Source: an uncultured Candidatus Binatia bacterium (GTDB lineage: Bacteria > Desulfobacterota > Binatia > UBA9968 > JAJDTQ01). From it: a stretch of 64,000 bases of DNA. Position numbers and translations under genes: made by a program. How positions within the stretch are numbered: the stretch's first letter is position 1; the number at the start of each line of letters is the position of its first letter. Below the pieces are notes generated by a model, which did not search any database, was not told the origin of the DNA, and worked only from the letters and a program-made list of their open reading frames with translations. The stretch spans positions 2,464,001 to 2,528,000 of the forward strand of contig OZ219754.1 of the NCBI GenBank assembly GCA_964291295.2, in the 5' to 3' direction. This document shows, piece after piece, positions 47,688-55,035 of the stretch.

Positions 47688-47842
47688 CGGAGGTGGACGG
47701 GCCTGGCCGACACCCGCTCCCGCCAAGGCTGGCCGCAAGAGTCGCCAATTCTTTCCGGTAGTGCTAAAAACCTGAGGCAGGCTCGTCTTTCGGCCGAGCC
47801 GTTCCCGCCGGGACGGGCGGCGGACCCATCCCGCCACGCTCC

Positions 47843-47935
47843 GGAGAGGTGACCGAGTCTGGCTTAAGGTGCACGACTGGAAATCGTGTGTACCTCAAAA
47901 GGGTACCAGGGGTTCGAATCCCCTCCTCTCCGCCA
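47843..47935 (+). tRNA. tRNA-Ser(GGA)
   Basis: GGAGAGG/CCTCTCC acceptor stem, anticodon arm CACGA-CTGGAAA-TCGTG, long variable arm, GGTTCGAATCC, encoded CCA. Confidence 0.97.
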
Positions 47936-47954
47936 TCCAATCAAGGGAGTCATC

Positions 47955-48839
47955 ATTTCCACCCCTGCGAAGCGTCACGGCCTTGGCGCCACGGGCGAGC
48001 CGTTCCGGGACGGCGACGCGGTCATATTCTTCGACCGGAAAGACCGGGAGTACCTGAAGACGCTTCGGGCCGGGGAGACCATCTCCATCCGGGGCGGAAC
48101 CATCCCGGTGGACCATCTGCTGGGAAAGCCCGACGGTGCCATCGTCCGGTCTTCGTTGAAGGAGCGGTTCGTGGTGCTGCGGCCTACCCTGGAGCGCCTG
48201 ATTCCCAACCTGCCGCGCAAGGCGCAGGTGATCTATCCCAAGGATCTGGCACTCATCCTGATGTGGGGCGACGTCTTTCCGGGGGCCACGGTGGTGGAGG
48301 CCGGAGTCGGTCCCGGCGCCCTCACGCTGGCGTTGCTGCGGGCGGTGGGACCCGAGGGCCGGGTCATCTCCTTCGAGATACGGGAAGAGCACGCCCGGGC
48401 CGCGGAAAGGAACGTCGCCCGGTACTACGGGGCGGCACCGCAGTGGACGCTGGATGTCGGCGACGTCTCCGAGGGACTTCGAAACCTCAGCGTCGATCGT
48501 GTCTTTCTGGATCTGCCGGAGCCTTGGAGGCAGACCGCCATCTCCTGGCACGCATTGCGGCCAGGAGGGGTGTTCCTGGGCTACCTGCCGACGGTGCTGC
48601 AGGTCAAGGGGTTCGTGGATTCACTGAAGGAGCACCGTGGGTTCGCCTGCATCGACACCATGGAGACCCTGGTGCGCTACTGGCACGTCAAGGAGATGAG
48701 CGTCCGACCGCAGCACCGGATGGTGGCGCACACCGGCTTCGTGGTCACGGCGCGGCGGATCGAATGGGAATCTTCGGGCGCGCCGGAGCCGCCTCGGCCG
48801 ATTCCGGGGGGACCGGACCGGCAAGGCGGCGACGGTTAG
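47955..48839 (+). CDS. trmI: tRNA (adenine-58-N1)-methyltransferase
   Basis: RPTL..PRKAQVIYPKD, EAGVGPGALT, FLDLPEPW, VRPQHRMVAHTGF. Start uncertain (ATT proposed). Confidence 0.92.
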   Translation: MSTPAKRHGLGATGEPFRDGDAVIFFDRKDREYLKTLRAGETISIRGGTIPVDHLLGKPDGAIVRSSLKERFVVLRPTLERLIPNLPRKAQVIYPKDLALILMWGDVFPGATVVEAGVGPGALTLALLRAVGPEGRVISFEIREEHARAAERNVARYYGAAPQWTLDVGDVSEGLRNLSVDRVFLDLPEPWRQTAISWHALRPGGVFLGYLPTVLQVKGFVDSLKEHRGFACIDTMETLVRYWHVKEMSVRPQHRMVAHTGFVVTARRIEWESSGAPEPPRPIPGGPDRQGGDG

Positions 48840-48854
48840 AGGAACCGCCGGCGT

Positions 48855-49211
48855 TCACTTTTTCCTGCGGCAGTTCTCGCAGTAGCAGACGTGGGATTCG
48901 GGGTCCTGGATCAGCCCCTCGTCGAGGTTGTGGCAGATCTTCTTGCACTCGATGCAGATGTAGTAGATGCCCTCGATGGTCTTGTTGATCTTCTCGCGGT
49001 TGAGCACCCGCCCCTTGAGCTTCTCCACACGGATCCCCAGGAGCTCCTCGTATTGCCGCTTGATCTTCAGCCGTCCGGATGCGTCGCCCGGCAGGTCCCG
49101 TTCGTCCACCTCTTCCGGGATGCCCGGGCCCTTCGGCACCGCCTTGGCCGAGCGAGCCGCCTTGCCGGTCCGGGTGGCGGACTTCCCCATGCTGTTGTTG
49201 ACTGGAGTCAT
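48855..49211 (-). CDS. Small C4 zinc-finger protein, possibly DksA/TraR-like
   Basis: Helical segment, then EGIYYICIEC..(C)YCENC at the C-terminus. Confidence 0.6.
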   Translation of the reverse strand: MTPVNNSMGKSATRTGKAARSAKAVPKGPGIPEEVDERDLPGDASGRLKIKRQYEELLGIRVEKLKGRVLNREKINKTIEGIYYICIECKKICHNLDEGLIQDPESHVCYCENCRRKK

Positions 49212-49300
49212 GTCCCGATGCCCTTCAGCAGTAACTGTTCGGCCTGCGGTTGTCAAACCGCCGGCCGCGGGGGCAATGACGCCGCGCGGGGCGTTGTCCC

Positions 49301-49795
49301 CTACATGGAGAGGCCGGCCCAGACCGTGGCCGCCAGGAAGACAAGCATCATCACGGACGAGCGGCCCAGCTTTCGCAGCACGGCCTCGGTCCCCTCGGCG
49401 GTGACGCCGTCCGGGGATTCGTGGAGCCGGACGAAGCGATGGGCGATCCCCATGCACTGCCAGGTGCCCAGCATGATGACGAAGAAGGCCAGCAGCAGCT
49501 TGGTGGCCAGGTCGGCGCCGAATTCCTGGGCGTAGGATGCGCGGTGGAGCGACTTGAGGTCCGTGATCCGGGACGCCCCGGTGAGGGTGATGACGCCCAG
49601 CAGTCCGATCTGCACCGGATTGTAGACGCGCAGCGCGCGCACCAGCAGGTCGCTCCGGTGCTCGTGCCGGGATACCCGCCGGAGAGCCGGCAGCAGGATC
49701 CGCCACAGGGCGACCACCAGGCCGATATGAAGGGTCAGGGAGACTATATGGAAATCGGCGGCCAAGACCCTCAGCCGCCGGCCCTGGAGCGCCAA
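49301..49795 (-). CDS. Hypothetical 4-TM membrane protein (CopD/DUF4149-like)
   Basis: Four hydrophobic helices, LATKL motif. Start uncertain. Confidence 0.6.
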   Translation of the reverse strand: MALQGRRLRVLAADFHIVSLTLHIGLVVALWRILLPALRRVSRHEHRSDLLVRALRVYNPVQIGLLGVITLTGASRITDLKSLHRASYAQEFGADLATKLLLAFFVIMLGTWQCMGIAHRFVRLHESPDGVTAEGTEAVLRKLGRSSVMMLVFLAATVWAGLSM

Positions 49796-50595
49796 CTCAG
49801 CAACGCCCGCCTGGCGATCCGCTTGCCCGGAGCCTGGTAGCCCTCCGAGAGCCTGTTCAGGCGCTTGCCGAACTCCTCCAGCCGCTTCCGCTGGTTCCTC
49901 TCGAAGGCGCGCAACTCTCTCTGACGCCGCTCCTGGAACTGCTCCAGTTCCTGCCGCCGGCGTTCCTCAAACTCCGACAGGTCCCGGTCCCACTCGTCGT
50001 GGAAGCGTTGCACGGTGGTGCGGACGAGGTAGTTCAGGTCGTCCTTGACCACCGTCGACTTGTAGCAGTAGGGGCAGAAGAGCACGTTGCCGATGGTCAG
50101 CAGGCCGGTCTCGACTTCGAACACGGCACCGCAGGCAAAGCAGCGGATCGACACGGGCCACTGATCCGGTGGCGGCACGGAAACCGCAGGCCGGGAGTCG
50201 TCCACGGGCATCGGGGCTGCGGCGGCCCGCACCGGCGCGGCAGCCGGTACCGCGGCGGCTGCGTCGGCACCGGCTGTTGCCTCGGCCGCACTGGCGCCGG
50301 TACCCGCGCCCTCGCGAAACCGGGATTCGAAGTTGTCGCCGAAGTCCGTGTCGGTATGGATCGCCTGCGCCCGGCCGATGAGGGCCTCCTCGGTCTCGAC
50401 GTTGTTGGGATCGGTCACGCAGCAGTCCACGGGACACACCGCCGCGCATGCCTCGTAGTCGTGAAAACCCACGCACTCGGTGCAAAGCAACGGATCGATG
50501 ACATATATCTCGTCGGCCTGCGTGATGGCGTTGTTGGGGCATTCCGGCTCGCACGCGCCGCAGTTGATGCACTCGCTGGTAATCATGGTAGCCAT
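49771..50595 (-). CDS. YfhL-type 2[4Fe-4S] ferredoxin with C-terminal zinc-ribbon/coiled-coil extension
   Basis: CINCGACEPECPN, CTECVGFHDYEACAAVCPVDCC; later CFAC..CPYC; SD GGGAGG. Confidence 0.85.
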   Translation of the reverse strand: MATMITSECINCGACEPECPNNAITQADEIYVIDPLLCTECVGFHDYEACAAVCPVDCCVTDPNNVETEEALIGRAQAIHTDTDFGDNFESRFREGAGTGASAAEATAGADAAAAVPAAAPVRAAAAPMPVDDSRPAVSVPPPDQWPVSIRCFACGAVFEVETGLLTIGNVLFCPYCYKSTVVKDDLNYLVRTTVQRFHDEWDRDLSEFEERRRQELEQFQERRQRELRAFERNQRKRLEEFGKRLNRLSEGYQAPGKRIARRALLSWRSRAGG

Positions 50596-50911
50596 GGACT
50601 CAAAGCCCTCCCGGGTTTCGACCCGCGTTCATGACCTCTTCTCCGGCCGGTCCGCATCGTCGTGTCCCGAGCTTGTGGATGGAAGTTGCAAACCGCCCGC
50701 GTTTCTCCTGAGATAACAGTGCCCCAAGGGTCGCGTCAAGGTTGCGCCCGGCATCGGCCGCAGGAGGTCCGCTCCGGCGGCGCGCAGGTTCTTGACACCG
50801 AAAGTCCGCTTTGGTAGGCGTCCTACAGCCGAACCGGCAGCGCGGGATGGACGGCTACCGGCCGGACCCCGCAGTGCAAGCGAGATGACAGGCTGGACAA
50901 TAACGGAGATG

Positions 50912-50972
50912 AACCAGCCGCCACTTGGTGACGCCGAACTTGGTGACGCCGAGAGGGCGCGCTGGTTTTTTT
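50912..50972 (+). terminator. Intrinsic terminator/attenuator in a long leader
   Basis: AACCAGC-CGCC..GGCG-C-GCTGGTT followed by a T run (7 T, 50966-50972), 65 nt before the next ATG. Confidence 0.6.
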
Positions 50973-51037
50973 GTCTGGCGGCATGGCTGCCGCATGGAAG
51001 GCTCCGCGCGGAAGGATATCGGGCGACGTGACGCCTC

Positions 51038-51751
51038 ATGGAGGACTTGATGAAGACTCTGGGTCTGATCTCTCCCAATCTGGATGATCCGACCGTTCAG
51101 GAATATTACGGCATTCTGCCGGAAGGCATCGACATCCGGGGGCGCCCTCTCGAGGTCGACACCTTCGCGGACGAGACCTTCGCCAAGGTGGAGGAAGCAT
51201 TCGCCGGCGTCGTCCGCGACCTGGCCAGGGAGCCGCTGGATTTCCTCATGATTACCGGTGAACTGTTCCTCTCCTACCGCGGCCCGGGCTCGGACCGGCT
51301 GGTGCTCGACTCCGTGCGCGAGATCACGCCGGTGAAGGCCTCGACGGTGCTGACGGCGGTGGTGCGGGCGCTGAAGTCCCTGGACGTCTACCGCGTGGTG
51401 ATGGCGTCGCCGTTTCCTCACGCCCAGAACGAAAACCTGATCCGGTTTCTTGACCACTACAACATCGAAGTGGCCGCCAACCGCGGCCTGGGCTACGACA
51501 ACACCCGGGAGATCTGGGAGTTGCCGGCCGAAACCGGCTATGATCTCGCCGCCGCGGTTCTGGAAGAGTGCCCCAACGTGGACGGCATCTACATGCCCTG
51601 CAACAAGTGGCGGGTCTCTTCGGTCATCGAGCGGCTGGAGGCGGACCTGGGAAAGCCGGTCATCACGAACACCCAGGCGTGGATCTGGGAGGCGTTGACG
51701 GGACTGGGCCTGACGCCCGCTCGCCCCGGATACGGAAAACTGCTCAAGTAA
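51038..51751 (+). CDS. Asp/Glu racemase superfamily (arylmalonate decarboxylase/maleate isomerase-like)
   Basis: LGLISP, TAVVRALKSL..VVMASPF, GIYMPC, LEADLGKPVITN, GYGKLL. Confidence 0.85.
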   Translation: MEDLMKTLGLISPNLDDPTVQEYYGILPEGIDIRGRPLEVDTFADETFAKVEEAFAGVVRDLAREPLDFLMITGELFLSYRGPGSDRLVLDSVREITPVKASTVLTAVVRALKSLDVYRVVMASPFPHAQNENLIRFLDHYNIEVAANRGLGYDNTREIWELPAETGYDLAAAVLEECPNVDGIYMPCNKWRVSSVIERLEADLGKPVITNTQAWIWEALTGLGLTPARPGYGKLLK

Positions 51752-51810
51752 CCTGATCCACAAACTCCACCCGAAGTCTCCGCGGCGGGAAGAGCAAGGG
51801 GTGCCATCCG

Positions 51811-52695
51811 CTACAACGCGGTGAGCACGATCCCGCCCAGGCAGATGGACGCCGCCCCGACCAGAACCTTCAGTGTCACCCGCTCGAAGGAACGGAGGAA
51901 GATGGTGCTCAGGATCACCGTGAAAAGCGGCGTGGTGGCGACGAGGGGGGACACCAGGACGACGTTGCCCATTTCCAGGGCGGTCATGCTGAGGGACACG
52001 GCGATGCTGTTGAGCACCCCCGACAGCCCGAACCAGATGAGCGTCTCCCGCCTGAAGAGCAGTTCACGGTACTTGCCGGTCGCCAGCAGATAGATCACCA
52101 GGGCCATGAAGGCGCCTCCCTGTACCATGCAGATGGCCAGCGGTACGGAATCGACCATGCTGTAGCCGAGCTTGCGCATGGGGCTCGAGAAGCCGCCCAG
52201 AAATGCCGCCAGCACCGGCAGCAGCAGGTAGACGGGCTGGTACGGGACGGCCTGTTCGGAATCGCGCATGCCCAGCAGGCTGGCGCCGGTGATGATGAGC
52301 ACCGTGCCGGCGGCGATGGCCGCGGTCATGGTTTCTCCCAGCCACACCACCGCCACCACCCCGGCAAAGAGCGGGGTGGTGTTGCGCAGCGGCGAGGCCC
52401 GGGAGATGCCGACCTTGTTGGCCGAGACGAACAACAGGATCTGGGAGCAGAAGGGGGACAGCACGCCCGCGCCGGCGAACAGCAGCAGCCCGGCCGGGGG
52501 CGTGGCGTGCCAGGATGCCAGCGGCCCCAGGAGCAGCAGCAGGACGACAGTGGAGACAAGGAGCGAGAAGGAGATGGCGCTGGTGGGAGTACCGTGGTTG
52601 AGGCCCAGCCGAGAGCAGATCTGGCCCGAGGAAAAACAGAGGGCCGCTCCCAAGGCCAGCAGTGGGATGTGAAGGTTGTCCAGAAGACTGTCCAC
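51811..52695 (-). CDS. EamA/DMT family transporter
   Basis: VGISRASPL..TTPLFA..WLGE; VSPLVATTPLF..FLRSFE. Confidence 0.85.
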   Translation of the reverse strand: MDSLLDNLHIPLLALGAALCFSSGQICSRLGLNHGTPTSAISFSLLVSTVVLLLLLGPLASWHATPPAGLLLFAGAGVLSPFCSQILLFVSANKVGISRASPLRNTTPLFAGVVAVVWLGETMTAAIAAGTVLIITGASLLGMRDSEQAVPYQPVYLLLPVLAAFLGGFSSPMRKLGYSMVDSVPLAICMVQGGAFMALVIYLLATGKYRELLFRRETLIWFGLSGVLNSIAVSLSMTALEMGNVVLVSPLVATTPLFTVILSTIFLRSFERVTLKVLVGAASICLGGIVLTAL

Positions 52696-53021
52696 GGGTG
52701 AGGTCGGACCGCTCCGGCGGGCAAGCGCGTTTCTTGGTACTCTGCCAGCGGCAGCCTTGTCAACGGACGCGCCGGAACAGCCGGGTTCGTGTCCGGCCAG
52801 GGGTGCCACCGGCAGGTCCGGTGCTCCAGGCGCGTGGTCGGTGTGGCGCTTCCGGCCTCCAGGAGGCGCCACCCGGTTCAAGCACGTCAATTCCCTGGCG
52901 GTGGCCAGCCGGCGGTGGCGACCGGAAGTCGTTGCCGGCCGGAACGGCGTAAAAGTTGAAAAACCCCGGCGCTTCGGATAGCGTCCCGAGGATACGATTC
53001 CCCCAAGCGAAGGAGCCGCGA

Positions 53022-53747
53022 ATGGCCTACACGAGTTGGCGCGGAACCGTCGGCGTGATCAAGCCCACCATGCGCCCCGGTTCCCTGGAGGAGTTCATCC
53101 GCATGATGCCCGAGGGTATCGGCATCATACCGCTCTTCATCGGTTTCCAGCGCGGCACCGCTGACGAGTTCCAGCAGGCCATGGCGGCCTACGAGGAGCG
53201 GGTGGCGCAGCTGGCCGGTTACGGCGTGGACCTGATCCACCCCGAGGGCGCACCGCCGTTCATGTTCCAGGGAGTCAAGGGCGAGCGGCGCATCCTGCGC
53301 GCCTGGGAACGCAAGTACAAGGTCCCGATGGTCACCGCCGGCATGACCCAGATCGAGGCGCTGAAGGCGCTCAAGGCCAGGAAGATCCTCGGGGTCACCT
53401 ATTTCACCGGCAAGATCAACGACACCTTCGCGCGCTACTTCGTGGATGCGGGCTTCGAGGTCCTGGCGATGGAAGGGATCCCGGTGGACTTCGAGGACGT
53501 GGGCCGGCTCGCCGGACAGGAAGTCTACGCGCATGCGCGTTCGCTGTTCCTCAAGCACCGGGGCGCGGACGCCATCTACATGCTGGGCTCCGGCTGGCGC
53601 ACGCTGGACATCATCGAGTTGCTGGAGCAGGACCTTCAGGTACCGGTGGTCCATCCGGTGCCGGCCCGGGTGTGGGCCATCCAGAAGCGTCTCCATGTGA
53701 ACGAGTCCATGGCGGGATACGGACGCCTGCTGGAGGACATGGCGTAG
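53022..53747 (+). CDS. Asp/Glu racemase superfamily protein, cysteine-free
   Basis: VGVIKPT, IEALKALKARKI, ADAIYMLG, LEQDLQVPVV, GYGRLL; SD AAGGAG. Confidence 0.8.
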   Translation: MAYTSWRGTVGVIKPTMRPGSLEEFIRMMPEGIGIIPLFIGFQRGTADEFQQAMAAYEERVAQLAGYGVDLIHPEGAPPFMFQGVKGERRILRAWERKYKVPMVTAGMTQIEALKALKARKILGVTYFTGKINDTFARYFVDAGFEVLAMEGIPVDFEDVGRLAGQEVYAHARSLFLKHRGADAIYMLGSGWRTLDIIELLEQDLQVPVVHPVPARVWAIQKRLHVNESMAGYGRLLEDMA

Positions 53748-53763
53748 GTCGCACGGTTCGGCC

Positions 53764-54897
53764 TCAGGCCGCGTTCATCAGCGGTGACACGTTCAGTTTG
53801 TAGAGTCGGGTCACGTTGGCGTTGAGCAGCTTCGTCCGGTCGCCCGCGTCCAACCCGCCCAGGTCCCGGGCGATGACCTCCCGGGAACGGGGCCAGGTCG
53901 AGTTTTGATGCGGGTAGTCGTTGGACCACATGCAGTTGTCCACACCCCACCAGGAGAACAGCCGGCCGCCGATGGGGTCGTTGAAGAAGGTGGCGTAGAC
54001 TTGGCGGTTGAAGTACTCGCTGGGCGGCTTGTGGATGGGCAGGGGCTGCGCGTGGCGGTGGCGCCGGAAGTTCTTGTCGCACTGGCCGAGCCAGAAGGGG
54101 ATCCAGCCGATCTCGTTTTCCACCGAGACGATCCTGAGCCCGGGGTAGCGCTCGAGTACGCCGGAGAAGATGATGTCGAAGAGCGCCGCTTCGATTTCCC
54201 GGGTCTGCTCGACGCCGATGCGGTAGCGCTTCATGCCGGTGGCGGTCTGGCGGTGCACACTGTCGCCGAATCCCGTGAGGATGTGCAGGTGCACCGGCAT
54301 GTCGAGATCCTGGGATGCTGCCCAGTAACGCTCGTAGTGCGCGGAGGTGAAGGGCAGGTCCTTGTGGGGCACCTGCCAGATCAGCGTCCCGACCATTCCC
54401 CGCTTCCTGCACCGTTCCATCTCCGCCACGGCGTGGTCGATGTCGAAGGCCGAGATCAGGGCGACGCCGAACAGCCGGTCCGGTGCTCCCTGGCAGTACT
54501 CGATGAGCCAGTCGTTGTAGGTGCGGAACAGGCCTTCCTGAAACGCCGCGTCCTCGGCGCAGAAGAATCCGAGTCCCAGGCTCGGGTACAGGACCTCACC
54601 GGACACGCCGTCCGTGGCCATGTCCTTGATGCGCTCCAGTGGGTCCCATCCTCCGGGACGCGCCACCGAAAAGCCGGCCCGGCGGTAGTCCTCCACGTGT
54701 TCCGGCCGTTGCCCGGCCATGAAGAGCCCGCCCACGGCCTGCGGCACCACATCCGGTGATCCAAACATCCAGGCGTCGCGCCCCTCGTCGAAATAGGCCT
54801 TGGGCGCCCGCTCCCTCAGGGATGACGGCAACCCTTTCTCCCACAGGTCGGGGACCTCGATGACATGCGAGTCTGCCGAGATGATCGCTTGCGCCAT
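53764..54897 (-). CDS. Amidohydrolase_2 family protein
   Basis: ISADSHVIE, DGVSGEVLYPS, YNDWL, VHLHI, WSNDYPH; SD AAGGAGG. Confidence 0.9.
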   Translation of the reverse strand: MAQAIISADSHVIEVPDLWEKGLPSSLRERAPKAYFDEGRDAWMFGSPDVVPQAVGGLFMAGQRPEHVEDYRRAGFSVARPGGWDPLERIKDMATDGVSGEVLYPSLGLGFFCAEDAAFQEGLFRTYNDWLIEYCQGAPDRLFGVALISAFDIDHAVAEMERCRKRGMVGTLIWQVPHKDLPFTSAHYERYWAASQDLDMPVHLHILTGFGDSVHRQTATGMKRYRIGVEQTREIEAALFDIIFSGVLERYPGLRIVSVENEIGWIPFWLGQCDKNFRRHRHAQPLPIHKPPSEYFNRQVYATFFNDPIGGRLFSWWGVDNCMWSNDYPHQNSTWPRSREVIARDLGGLDAGDRTKLLNANVTRLYKLNVSPLMNAA

Positions 54898-55035
54898 GGC
54901 GGTTCCTCCTTGCCGGCCCTTGTCCCTCGGTCGGGTGCACCTGCAAAGGGGCGTCTGTCGGGCCGTCTGTCCGTCTGTCGGATCGTCTGTCAAAGGAGTG
55001 CGCCAGCCAGGACGGAAGCGTCCCGCTGGCGGACG

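Noticed and set aside
47843-47935. tRNA-Ser as attB of the integrase element
   Set aside because: It is 40 kb away, flanked by housekeeping genes, and I saw no duplicated tRNA 3' end near the integrases.
47886-47954. GTG start of trmI given by the ORF track
   Set aside because: It lies inside the tRNA gene and has no SD.
50886-51031. Leader peptide MTGWTITEMNQ..
   Set aside because: No amino-acid-codon run or clear SD, and it reads through the terminator; an RNA-structure explanation fits better, though it is not excluded.
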